Shown here one piece after another: positions 33,376-46,339 of a stretch of DNA of 64,000 bases. How positions within the stretch are numbered: position 1 is the first letter of the stretch; each line of letters starts with the position of its first letter. The notes under the pieces were generated by a model. That model was not told where the DNA came from and ran no database searches. It saw only the letters and a program-made list of their open reading frames with translations. Location of the stretch: the NCBI GenBank assembly GCA_049999805.1, contig JBNGIO010006281.1, positions 108,687 through 172,686 on the forward strand. The letters run 5' to 3'. The translations under genes were made by a program, and so were the position numbers. Source of the DNA: Folioceros fuciformis (taxonomy: Eukaryota).

Positions 33376-34236
33376 CTACGCTCCCTGCTTCACAGTTTCA
33401 GCAGCAGCCTGCACCTTCTCTACTGCCGCAGCCTGAGTCGCTTCCACAGTCGCCTTAGCGTCGTCCAGTCCTCGCGAAAGCTGGTCTTGCAAGGAGCCCG
33501 TACTGGCTGAGCTCGTCGCCTCCACCTTGGAACCGCAGATAGAAGTGCACCATGTAACAACCGACAGCGGGAACTTGACGGATTCTTCGTCGCTGGCCAC
33601 CTGGATGACGGCATCAACAGTTAGCTCGCCCAGTTCGACAGAGGACAGGGATATGCAAAGGCAGATCGGAGCTTCCTCCAGACGGCAAGTTTGAACAGTG
33701 TGCCATCAGATTCGACTGCCACTAAGCCGGAAAAATCTACTGCAACGCCACCCACTCCACGACTCCGACCCGGAGCAAAGTGAAGTCAAATGCGAAGAAA
33801 AAATGAATGAAACGGCAGCAGCGCGTAGACCGCCGCTCCGCAGCTGTAGTTGTTTTTTTTCCTGATTTTCACTCACCGTGGCACTCTCGACTCCAGAATT
33901 GGACGGGATAGCGATCGCCTTGGAAAGAGTGTCTCTCAAGCCGGTGGAGGTAGAGGTCGAAGAGGACGAAGAGGTTGAGGTGGAGGAGCTGACCGACGCC
34001 TGCGCAGTCTCCGCGTACTGCTGCACCTTGTTCACAACCTTGGAAACGTAGTCCTTGGCAGAATCCGCAGTTTTAGATGCGGAATCCTTGATCTGATCCG
34101 CGTACCTCTGCACTCTAGACTTGGCCTCCGCCGTGGCCTCCTTCGCCTTGGCAGTTGCATCCTCGGCGGACGCGAGGAGCTGCTCCTTCTGAGCCTGCAG
34201 ATCCTGCGCCGGCGCGGTAGCGGTGTCGGACGCCAT
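33376..34236 (-). CDS. Small Ala/Lys/Glu/Ser-rich hydrophilic protein, LEA group 3-like; exons 34236-33877 and 33600-33376 (~194 aa)
   Basis: ATG in GCCATGG context; amphipathic AKAKEATAEAK/TADSAKD repeats; donor GTGAGT at 33876; CTAAC branch point then CAG acceptor at 33601; phase-0 join to ORF 33376-33600. Confidence 0.65.
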
Positions 34237-36080
34237 GGCCGTGTCGCTAACTGCGCGTGCGCGCCTCGGCCAGGATCTGCCCGCGTTGCTCCGGCAGGGA
34301 GCAGAGGTGCAGAGGCAGAATGAGAGAGGGCAGGGAGTCTGGGAGCCGGGCCTGCGTGCGGTGGCGTAGAGGCCGGGTTAAGGTGTGCAAGAGGAGCGTG
34401 CGCAGCTCCACTCACCTCACTTGCGGCCGTAGCCAACCGTGCGACTCCTTGCCTCTCTCACAACACCCGCTTTATGGCGTCCCGTGGCCGGGGGAGCAGC
34501 CGCAGCCGGAGCTGGAGCCGGACCGGCAGCCGCAGCCCCAGCCGCAACCGCTGCAAGCGCACCGGCTGTAACCGGCTGTCGCCGGTGTCCGTGCCGGTAA
34601 CACAACGAAAAGGCGGCAGCCTGGCCTGCCCCTGTCTCTCCCGTTACAACATGACCTGGGAAAACTCGCCTGAGAAACACGGCATCGCCAGCTGGACGGC
34701 TTGAGCGATTCTCCATTCTCCCTTTTTCCCAGCTTCATAGTCCGCGCTCCCAGTACATTACAGACTGTGTGTAGTCTAGTGGGCAGTTGGCACCTTCCCG
34801 GAACCGAACTTCCGCTTTGTCGGCAGCCATGGGATGGGAAAGCCGTTGCTTCCCATACAAACAGCTTGCAGCCCCCTCGTTCCCCGTCCACACCGTGTCG
34901 CCTAACCCGAATCTCCTCGCCAACTCGTTCATTGGCAGGCCCAGCTTTCAGGATCAGGTACGCGATCACACTACATANNNNNNNNNNNNNNNNNNNNNNN
35001 NNNNNNNNNNNNNNNNNNNNNNNNNNNNNNNNNNNNNNNNNNNNNNNNNNNNNNNNNNNNNNNNNNNNNNNNNNNNNACTCTGTATCCTCTAGTGGCCCT
35101 GCTGGTATATGTGCAACGCGGTACGTACTGGTTTCTCAGATTCCTTCATTCTTCTAACACATACGTGTACTCTGCTGATCCAGATGAGAATAATAGTAAC
35201 GATAATGATAATCTATAGGCAGCAACCACCAACCTCTGTCATCCGTCGACCTGGATTTTGAAAGGCCTGCAAGTGTCCTGCGCTTCAGGAGTCTAACATT
35301 TGTAACGAGCGTTTGAGCATCTGCCACGACTTTGTCATCAGCTTTTGGAATCAGCCAACTTCTCTGCTTTCGTTCGTATCGCATCCGCATGAATCTCAAT
35401 AAACACGTTGGAGAGAAACATTGAACCCCAAAATGTTAGACTCAAGAACCGACGACGGAATTTGGTCGGCAACCTACTCCTCCGCGTCTACAAGCCCGGA
35501 CGCCGGAATGACCCTAAACAAGTGACACCTCAAACAGACTCGGCTTCTCCAAGGATCCTAACAGACTTGTTACTAGTTTTTGGTCTCGGGACAAGTTCAG
35601 GGTGGCAAGGCATGTCCGCGGACCCTACAAGACTCTCAGAGACTCCCCTGCGGAGACAAGGCCATCCTGTCTGGGGGCTCCGTACCCGTACTAGGGATCG
35701 AGCCGGTCTGTTCGACACAAACTAATACTTTCAGAACACGCTGCAAACACGAGCTGAAGTTGGACGGGGTGAAATACAAAAAGATTTCTAGAAACAACAA
35801 AAGCCGGCAAACTTACTTTGCTTCCCGGGGCTTGTACAAGTGAATTGCTACATCTACCTCACTCGCGTGTCCTCGAAAAGTGTTGGACTCCCAACTTGAA
35901 GTCATGGACTGTCCACGACCAAGAATGATAACCCGCGACGCATGGAATACTCTGCATACATCCTCAACACAACCACCCGATACTCAACAGGGGCAAAGCT
36001 TTATGAGCCCTGCAAAATTAACCCATTGCGAGCAGTGGCTGCAGCACTTCATCACCGAGCTGACAAGGCTACATTTCCTT

Positions 36081-37997
36081 TCAATCCTCGTCACCGAAGT
36101 CTACGTCATCGTCGTCATCTTCCAGCTGATCCGCAAGGTCAAGGTCATCATCCTGCTTCAGTGCCTCCGAAAGAGCTTGCTCCCCAGCCTGCTCCTCTTC
36201 CAGAAGCGAGCTGCGCAAATGCTGTTCCGCTCGCACCTCCCACGCAGGCCTAAATCGCCTCTCGTTTTCTATGTCTTTCTGGATAGCTTTGCGAATAGGG
36301 TTCAAAATAAAGAAAAACTGCAAGCACCAAGACTGACACATTAGCTCCAGTGACTGATACAAAAACGAACCGTTCAGCCCGAGCAGACGGCATTATCTGC
36401 TGCTGCACAAAATTACCTGGGCAGCAAGAATTAGAGGGATCCAAATCTTTCCCCTTTGATTTGCGTTGGGGCCCTCTATCAGCTTCTTGTCTATAAGCAA
36501 AGACGGAGTATCGTTGGACACAATGTCCACGATTTGCTCCACAAGCCGAGGAAGCCAGACCGTATCATCTGGCAGGACCTGCATCATTGTTGCAACGTTC
36601 CAATTTTAGACATTCGCCCACAGCACAATACAAGATACAAGCACAACACAATGAGAAGTCGTACCTTCTCTCCCTCTGCATTCGTTGAGCATCGATTACT
36701 GTTCTCCACTAAAACTGTAGGTACCTGACAACAGATCAGGAAACATGAGGGGCACATCACACTCTGCAACACACACACACACCCCCCTAACAGACCGATG
36801 GTCAAGCACAAGTTTGCAAGCTCAAAAGATCTCACCTCATGCTCATGTTTCTTGAACCCAGCCTCTTGCCGGATGGCTGCCTCCAAAGCAGAAGACCTCT
36901 TTGACACATACTCTTTGTAGCTCACTCCATCTGGAGGAGAAAATTGCGCATGGGTAAGAACTATCGCAGCCAACCGCCAAATCTGAGGCCCGAACGCGCG
37001 GGCAATGGCCCTTATCACTTGTCTATCCAGGCTGTCAACCCGGTATCCATCAAGCCGATCAACAAAAAGCAGCACATCGATGGTCTTATCCACTAGAAAC
37101 CTGCACTCCCAAGAAAAAGCAAACCAATGTCAAACCCACATACACGAATGACTACGAAACAAGAAAAATTAGGAGTGAAGGAATTTTCAGTAGAGCTAAA
37201 CGACTGGCACACCAATGACCCCTCTGATACCAATAACAATGCTGATCCTCTCGAAACCTGCCACCAAGACCCTTGTGTGCAGGTGACTGAATGCCCACAG
37301 CTAGGGATACTACACACCCTAATACCATTCCTGCAAGTACGCAAGGCTAGGCTACACCCCACAGTCCCTCACACCTGGACCTGTCACGAGTGGTGAAGAA
37401 AGTCGTACTTTCTAATGACATCCACGGCTTGATCATTCACGCAACCACCTTCAACCAGACCGGGGGTATCAATGATGTTCAGGGTGAATCCTGCCCTTGA
37501 CCGAGAACACATAATGGGCCTCAGAGTCTCTGCCTGGAAAATCACAGCCGGCATATGCAGACGCGGTCACGTGTCAAGAACTTCCACAAATCCCAACCCA
37601 TTCCATTCACCAAACGAAGCCGAAGGCACTAGGGCATCACCTGAAACGCACTGGCCACAGTAACTCTCTCCCCAACCATGGAGTTAACAGTCGAGCTTTT
37701 GCCAACTCCGCCCTTTCCCAGGACGAGAATGGTGAGAGTATTCACATTCTGCAAAATTCCCACTCTGCCGTGCTCAAATTCACAAACTGCGCAAAAACAC
37801 TCCCTGCCGTGCCAACGCAGTTTACACAAATCCTCCTACGGACACATGAGCACATGGAAGTAGAGATTTCCAGATCCTCATCCCCAATCTCCCCGCACCT
37901 CTTGCCGGAGCTTGCCGAGCAGACCATGCAGCGCCGTCTGTGTGGCCACAGGGAACTGCTGCAGCCCGGTCCACTCCCTCACCGCAGGCCCCGCCAT
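36081..37997 (-). CDS. TOC34: Translocase of chloroplast 34 GTPase, copy A (7 exons)
   Basis: REWTGLQQFP, LTILVLGKGGVGKSSTVNS, LNIIDTPGLVEGG, IDVLLFVDRLDGYRVD, LTHAQFSPPDG, LVENS-RC, KKLIEGPNANQRGK then TM. Confidence 0.96.
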
Positions 37998-38931
37998 CGT
38001 GAGGGGGCCCGATGTCGTGCAGTCGCTCTACACTACACCTCCCCTGAAGATTCGTCTCTGTTGAGCCCACTCTTTTGTCTTCAGCGGCAGGCGGGAGCGC
38101 GCCAGAGACGCATCCCTTTCGACTAAGGAATTCTCACGTGTTGCTGCTACTAACCCAAGCCCATGGATAAGGGATCTGTAGGTCCTTGTCAGTTCAGCCT
38201 GCCCACAGATCTCAAAATTAAAGCGCTTATATTAAGGGGAGAGTTTGGTGAACCATTTCAAAACAAGTAGAAGAATTTCATAGAAGTTCGTACGTAGGTC
38301 GTATCTCCTCCTTCAGAATTTTATAGACGAGATGAAGGAGAAGACCGGAGTCCCATATCCGGAATTTTCTTACTAGCGTGTCATCCTCAGTCATCGGGTT
38401 GCGGGAGAGGAATGCACGTTGGCCAACATCAGCAAATGCACCCATGCAGGTCGTCCATCTCTTCATTCCCTACAGCCATTGCGGCTTGCAAGTCAAGAAT
38501 TCCTTGGTTCCCTTTCTATTCTAACGAGTCCGATGGGAACCACATGTGAGGCATATTGGGTTTACCGAGTTATAATTATGCCTTTCCATGTAGTTATGGT
38601 AGTTATGTATTTCGGCTAGTACAGTTATAACTCTTGTCTTATTTATACACTATATTTTTTCACTTATTATAATACACAAAGTACTCTCTCTAATTTTGTT
38701 TTTCCTCATGCTGGCCTCATGCTTCTTTGCCATAACCTATAATCCAATTGTGTTGTCCGCTTGATGATGCTACAACTCAAATCTTTATGCTATCATAGCT
38801 CGGATTAACCCTTGAATGTTGATCACATGAATACTTACTAGAGCGTTGAGTGGCCTTAATCATCACATCTCAATGAGAGGCAAAATGTCCACCAGAAGAG
38901 GAGTAACAGCGCCAAGACGTGTCCTCAAGCT

Positions 38932-39008
38932 AAGCTAGCATGTCGTGGTCCTTCCTAAAGCTAGCATGTTATGGTCCTTCCTAAAGCTAGCATGTCGTGG
39001 TCCTTCCT
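38932..39008 (+). repeat. 26-bp tandem repeat x3
   Basis: AAGCTAGCATGTCGTGGTCCTTCCTA repeated three times. Confidence 0.9.
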
Positions 39009-39993
39009 TGTGCCCTGATTGCGGTTCTAATGAACGATTTGAGCACCCTACACCACCCCCTCGCAAAATTGAGAAAGACATCACTCTTCACCACAATAAC
39101 TTTCTCTCCTTGGTGCTCTCTCTAGGGCAGCCAACACATTTCTCAAGGCTCGGAAGGCTATGGATCTTGAGGCCAATGAACTCAACAAGGGCAAACCAAT
39201 TGTTCATCGCCAACTTGCACAGATCTAGCAACGCATGAAGGCCCTCGCATCTGTAATCAAGCAATTGTTGGGCAGTTTGATGATTCTTGCTTACATCTAC
39301 AGCAATTTTGATGAGGAACAACACTTCAATCATGCTTCTAGCAATGGGACTCATTCTCTATAAGTATCTACAACTCTTGGGTATATGTAAGATGCTTTAG
39401 ATGCCTCTTTGTGAACATTGGAAGCATTACTTGATAGCATCACTTATAAAAAGCTTCTAAACATAAAGGCTCCTAAAATTATATTTGTAGAGGTATGTTT
39501 TATTGTTTATAATACTCAATTATTAAATCTAATCTTTGTAATTTTTGTCTTTCTTAAGGTGAATTCAATCAGTCGTATGAACGAAGTTGTGGACAAGCGG
39601 GTATGGTATCCCTTCCAAACCTTGTTAACATTTAGCGTGGTCACATCAATCCCACAGTTGTTGTTGTTATAACTAAAGTCTTCCCTAGAATTGCTCCCCC
39701 AAGAATTGTGGATAGCTACCCCAAATATGTCTATCGTCCATCCACAATAGTCAACACTCCCAATTACAAACTTACCAATCCAACGAGACATCTAGACAAT
39801 AGGAGGGCATGGATCCTCATGCAGATGGACCTCAATACTCCCCCCACCAACTTCTACCTCCCTACACCCAATACCCTTGTGTCAACAAGACTCTCTACAA
39901 CACCTTCCTCAACCCAACAATCCAACTTTTCGTCTCCCTATGTCCGACACTCTTAACTAAACTTCGTGAAAACCCTTGCAATCGACAACGCAA

Positions 39994-40076
39994 AAAACAC
40001 TTACATCTCGACCTTCCACCAAGATGTCAACATAGAAAACACTCACGTCTTGACCTTCCACCAAGATGTCAACACA
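39994..40076 (+). repeat. ~42-bp tandem duplication x2
   Basis: AAAACACT...GACCTTCCACCAAGATGTCAACA occurs twice. Confidence 0.85.
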
Positions 40077-40228
40077 AAGTACTACTTTTTGGTTAACTAC
40101 TCAGCATAGAAAGCTTATAATCCAAAAGAACGCCCCCTATGCTCGAGTCCTTCATTTTACACATATAGGGTCGTGGACGGCTTCCTACCTACTACTAGTT
40201 ATCGCAACCTTTAACTACGTACCCCTAC

Positions 40229-43200
40229 GTGAAAGGACACACCCCCTCGTAACCATCCTTTATAAGCCCACCTGTAAACCAAACAAATTGTTTGTTAATA
40301 AAGCATCTGCTTGATGCAAGACGCTTCCGCATATGGATCTCTAACTTGGTATCAAAGCCATGTGATATTTCAATGGCTTTGTTGCTAATTTTCTTCCCTA
40401 ATCAACTTAGGAAGATAAGCTAGCAACCTCATACCTAATTTTAGTTGATGAAAATGCATTTTGATATGCATTTCCGATAGCAGACTATCATCTGTATCAT
40501 AGGCAACATCCACTAGTTTTACAGTCATGTAGAAACTCATGTTGCCCATCATACCATTGCTAAGTGAAAATAATTAGCTTAAAACTTTCTAAGTAAAGTA
40601 ATTATCATAGCTACTTTATTGATTATTTTCATTAGTTCAATTTCCATCAAACCAAACCAATTTTTCTAAATTGATTGGTTATGGAATCTAGCCACCCTTC
40701 TAGTTCCTGTGATTCTATAAGGCCTAGTCATTGGGCCTTTTATAGGTTAATTTTGCTTAAGAATAGCATCATTTTTGCTTACATTCTTCTAAGCAATCTG
40801 CCTACTTTTGCTTTTAGCTTTTTAATCTTCAAGCACAAGAACTAAGAGTCGCAAACAACGACGCAACCATGCTGAGGCAAGGAGGAAGCACATTTAGGCA
40901 GCCCGTTCACGTTCGTCAAATCGCAATTCTGCTTGAGGTTTTGGATTATCATCGGCGCCCAAGTGTCTACATCATCTTGGATCTTCCTTAGCTGATGTGC
41001 TTACGATTCTGCTGCAAGAGCGTGATTGGAGACCTGCATACTCTGGTTCACCTGATCTGAGACTTGTCAACCAATGACCACAACCATCGGCGTCTCCCTC
41101 TTCTACTCTCCATCTGTCACAAAAAATGCAGCCATTCTGGTGGATTCTGCAACGAGAAACTGGCAGATTTCCCGGTACACAATTCTGCATTGCATGCAGG
41201 ATTTTCAGAGGTAGGGGGATAATCAGGTGGCGCGAGTTCGGTAGGAGGGACGCCATCCCAGGGCACCCAGATCCCACTAGGCGTGCCCGAGATCCGTCGA
41301 GCGGCGCACGCGCAACGACCCGACGACCATATCCCAGCGGGCGGGCCCGCTCGCGCCCCTTCCTCCCACGGCGCGCGCGTGGAATCCAGCTGGGCGCGCG
41401 CGCTGGTTAATGAAGCAGCCTGGGCACCGTTTCGGCCCAGGCCAACTTCAAATATTTTAAGTTGGCCCCGGGGTATGAAACGCCGGGGCCCAGGTATGAA
41501 ACGGTGCCGCCTAAAATAATTAATTTAGGGGCACCCGTTGGGCATAACGGTGTGCCGTTAGACTCAATGGGTGCACTTTTTCCCTCACCNNNNNNNNNNC
41601 TCACTCGCCGGACATACCCATTTGCTCGACAAAGGATCCCCGAGGCTCTCCCCAAGCTCAATTTGTCGACCACGTTGCAGGTTCAAGCACTTTGCTTTAT
41701 GAAGTAACACCTTGCAAGCTAATCTCGTGTGCTGAGCCACTGCCACCAGTCCCACAATTCGTTGCTTCTGGTGGTGATCCGAGCTTTCCCCCACGACGGA
41801 GACTACTTGCTATGAGCTATGTGCCACCACCACAAGTCTCTGTACAAGCTGATGCTCTTCCAGATTTGACATTTGAGATCAAGCAGGAGGAACTCACTCC
41901 TGTCTTCGCGAATCTGGAGACAGCCTACAAGGAGTACAAACTTGGTGAGGCACAAGCAAGAGCTACAGCACAGGAGCAACGTACCCAACATTATCAAGCT
42001 CTCTGGCATTCAATCACACAACTCAACACCAATTTGGTTTCTGTTGCTGAAACGATGGCTACTCCTCCACCTACACCACCAACACCGACACCTTCTCCTC
42101 CTGCTCCAATCATTAATGTTATGAATGTGAGTACGGATTTTAAGGAGAAAGACCGTTTTGACGGCACCAAGTTTGAAATTTGGTCTAAGCGGATGAAGAC
42201 TGCTCTCAATACTCGAGATCTTCTTGCCATCGTTGATGGCTCACTCCCGAAACCACCTGGACCTTCACCTGCTCTCGACTCATGGACAAGGCAAGACAGA
42301 TAGGCTATGCACATGCTTAGTTTTGGCCTGGACGAAATCACTCTCCATCACACCGATGGTGCCCTCACCTCAGCAGAAGCTTGGAGGCAGATCATAGATA
42401 TTTACCAATCCACCAACAGTTCGAAGCTTCGGTGCAACTGCTAGCTAGCCTCCCAGCCAGCTTTCAATCTTTTGTTTCTTCACAAAATGGCACTGTACGT
42501 GAAGCTCATCAAGCTGTGTGTGCTAATAAGACACCTTCAATTTCTATCTCCGAGATAGCTGGTGCTCTTTTACAAGAAGAGGCTTCTAGGTTCAATGCTG
42601 GCACCTCGAAACATGGTGGTGATAGGGTGATGTTTGTCACCAAAGGTAGACAACAATTCAACAAGTGTAGGAACCCAAATGCCAGTCGCCGGCCCTCCAC
42701 TCCTGGTACCACCTCCTCTAGGCCTTCTCCATCCAATTCTTCCTCAACTCCTAGACGTAAGGGGACATGTAATTGGTGCAAAGCCCAAGGACACTGGGAG
42801 CAGGAATGCCGTAAGAAGAAGGCTGGTGAGCCCAAGCGGGACACCAAAACCGCTAACACAGTGGTTGTTACTAAAGCAAGGCATAATTCCCAGACCGACA
42901 TTGCTTTAATTGTTTGTTTGGTTGCATCTGAGTATAAATCGTCTTGCACGTCGGGCTACTCAGCCCTTGGAGCTTGTCCACATTGATCTTTGTGGGCCAC
43001 TCCCTGTTCCTTCACTTGGTGGGGCTAATCATTTTATGACTGTTGTGGATGACTTCAGTCGTTATACTTTTGCTTACCCGCTTCGTTTGAAGAGTGACTC
43101 CTTCGGTGTATTTTCTCCCTTTGTTACTATGGCCGAGCTGCAAACTGGTTGCAAGCTGCGGTGCATTAGATCTGACAATGCTGGGGAACTTAACAATCAC

Positions 43201-46200
43201 CAGTTCAAGGACTTTTGTCAAGAGAGGGGGATCCTTCGTCAATTTACAGTTCCCTATACCTCTCAGCAAACTGGAGTTGCGAAAAAAGCCAATGGTGATC
43301 TTTTGGTCATGGCGCGAGCTATGCTCGCTCAATCCCAATTGCCTAAGTCCTTCTGGGCCGAAGCTGTCAACACTGCTGCTTATATCAGAAACAGGGTGCT
43401 TTCCAAGTCCGTTACCAGCCGGACTCCTTATGAGTGTTGGCATGGGAGTAAGTCCCTTATCTCTCATCTTCGTATCTTTGGATGCCCAGCCTATGCCCAT
43501 ATCCCTTCTCAGCTTCGAGACAAGCTCTCAGCTCGTGCTCGTAAGTTGGTATTTGTGGGCTATGGCGAGGATCGCAAGGCATACAAGCTGGTGGACTTGA
43601 ATACCCACACTCCGACATATGCATGCACTATCACCTTTGATGAGTCACGGCTAGCACATCTTGGACTTGCTTCTTTGGCTCTTGGTCCTGCCCCCGATGG
43701 TGCTTCTACCTCCGGCTCTCGTAGCCCTAGCTGGCCTGGTGACATTTACTTTGAGTTACATATTCAACCCTTCACTTTTCCTGACTCAGGTGTTCCTGTT
43801 TTTGGTTCCGTTCCTACTCCGCCTTTGGCTTCTTCACCTCAAGCCGGTCCTATTCCCATACTTCCTGCTCGAGAGGGGGAAGATGAACAAGCCATTGGGT
43901 TGCCCATGGATGAACCATTGGAAAATGAGGATGACTCCTTTGGTGTTCTTGAGACTCAAGCATCAAAGACATCGGTATCTCCACATTCCCCACCAAGCCC
44001 TGACCCTGTTCCTGAGCGTAGGTATCCCTTGCGTCAGCGACAACCACGTCACCTATGGAATGAAATACCCTTTGACTTGGAGTTCAATCAACCCGGCTAT
44101 ACAACCACTTCTAAAGGCCACTTTGATGTTTTTAGTGTTGCTCTTTCAGAGGGAGATCCTCTCACTTTGCAAGAGGCATATTCACGACCTGATGCAGCTA
44201 AGTGGAAGTTTGCCGTTGATGATGAATATAATTCNNNNNNNNNNNNNNNNNNNNNNNNNNNNNNNNNNNNNNNNNNNNNNNNNNNNNNNNNNNNNNNNNN
44301 NNNNNNNNNNNNNNNNNNNNNNNNNNNNNNNNNNNNNNNNNNNNNNNNNNNNNACACATGGACTCTGGTCAATCTGCCCAAGGGCAAGACAACTGTTAAA
44401 TGCAAGTGGGTTCTCAAAACTAAGTTCCAGGAGGTTGAGCCATGTATCCGCCACAAGGCAAGATTGGTGGCTAAGGGGTATAGTCAGAAAGAGGGAGTGG
44501 ATTACCAAGGCGACAAAGTTTACTCACCCGTCATTAAAGCTGCTTCCGTAAGAATGCTTCTAGCTTTATGTGCTGAGCTTAACTTGGAAATTTATCAGCT
44601 TGACGTCTGTACGGCCTTTCTATATGGTCACCTTAAAGAGGAGATCTACATGGATCAACCAAAGGATTATGAAGATAAGAAATTCCCTCACAAGGTGTGT
44701 AAACTACTCCGCTCAATATATGGACTTAAGCAAAGCCACGCTTATGGTACGAGAGAATGGATTCTTATCTCAAGAAGTTGGGGTTCGTCCAAAGTGAAGC
44801 AGATACTAACATCTATGTACTTCGTCAGGATAGCTCACTTGCACTTGTTGCCCTATATGTCAATGACTTAGTTATTCAAGGCAATACTGTTGAATTGGTC
44901 AACAAGATAAAAGCTGAAGAAGCAAAGAATTCGAGATGAAGGATCTCGGCAAAGTTAAATATATTCTTGGAATGCATGTACATAGAGATAGCACTGGAGC
45001 TATTTATCTTCATCAAGGACGATATGTAGCTGGTATGCTAAAACGTTTCAACTTGGAGAACGCACGAGTGGCAGCCACACTAGGTGCCGTTGGTGTTAAG
45101 CTCTCATCTGCTTCCTGCCCTCAAGCAGAAGAGGACAAGAAGGAGATGGAGACTGTGCCCTACCGCATGGGAGTTGGCACTCTCATGTTCTTGAGTAATC
45201 AGACAAGACCAGACATCTCAAACACCGTGAATGTTGTTGCTCAGTTCTTAGAGAATCCAGGGAGGGATCACTGGGTTGCTCTCAAACACATCATGCGGTA
45301 CCTCAAGGGTACTCAAAATTATGGCCTATGCTACAAACCTAGCGGAAAGAAGCGCCTCCTGCTTACATATTATGTGAATGCAGATTGGGCTTCGGATGCT
45401 GACACCCGGAAAAGTATCTCAGCATATTGCTTTCTTGCTGGCTCCACTATTGTTAATTGGTCTTGTAGAAAACAAGCAGCCATATCACTTTCATCAACAG
45501 AATCGGAGTACAAGGCTCTCACTGAAGCCACCAAAGAGGCTGAATGGGAAAGGAAGCTATGTAAGTATCTGGGTATGATGCAGGAAGGGCCAACAATACT
45601 TAATTGTGATAATATGTCAGCAATTGCTTTCGTTGCTAACCCCGTGTTCCATGCACGCACAAAACACATAGAGATTCAACATCACTATATTCGTGATGCT
45701 GCAGAAAGGGGAATAGTAAAGGTATAGTATGTACCAACAGATGACAACACAGCAGATGTGCTGACCAAATCCTTGCCCAAGTTTAAACACTGCTTCCACA
45801 AAAAAGAGCTTGGATTAGTAGATTGTAGTAGCTTTATGACGCTAGACAAGTCACTCATATGGTGAGGCTTATCATCTTTTGTTCCATCACTTGAAGTTGA
45901 CAGTTGTTGCAGACAGCTTGCTTCTGCCCCGGCCACAACCGGTGTACTACTCCGTGAGCCGCTGGAGAGCCAGCCTCAACGCGAGGGAGTACGACCGCGA
46001 GTTGAGATAGGCGAGTGGAAGACTGTAGCACATTGCAAGACTCTGACAACGAGTGGTCTCCTTTAGTTTTACGGAGATGTCAAATAACTCAACATGTCTG
46101 AGAGGGAGAGTTAGAAATGGTGCAGACTGCGTTGGTTAAGGTCGACTAGACCAGACCCAATGTGGATTAGTCAAACTAGACTTAGCTAGTTGGTAGTTAG

Positions 46201-46333
46201 TTAACTAGCAGCCTAGTGAAAGGACACACCCCCTCGTAACCATCCTTTATAAGCCCACCTATGAACCAAACATATAATTTGTTAATAAAGCATCTGCTTG
46301 ATGCAAGACACTTCCGCATATGCATCTCTAACT
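40229..46333 (+). mobile_element. Ty1/Copia LTR retrotransposon, defective; partial 5' LTR 40229-40346, PBS 40347-40359, gag-pol ~41812-45866, PPT ~46098-46108, 3' LTR ~46109-46333
   Basis: Shared LTR segment 40229-40346 matches 46216-46333. PBS TGGTATCAAAGCC (tRNA-iMet type). Gag FDGTKFEIWSKRM and CNWCKAQGHWEQEC; integrase LVHIDLCGP/VDDFSRY/IRSDNAGE; RT HKARLVAKGYSQ, QLDV-TAFLYG; RNase H ADWA...STESEY...RTKHIEI. INT-RT order. Stops and frameshifts present. Confidence 0.95.
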
Positions 46334-46339
46334 AGCATC

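Noticed and set aside
35434-35562. TGTTAG...CTAACA segment resembling a solo LTR
   Set aside because: No target-site duplication and no match to the other LTRs in the window.
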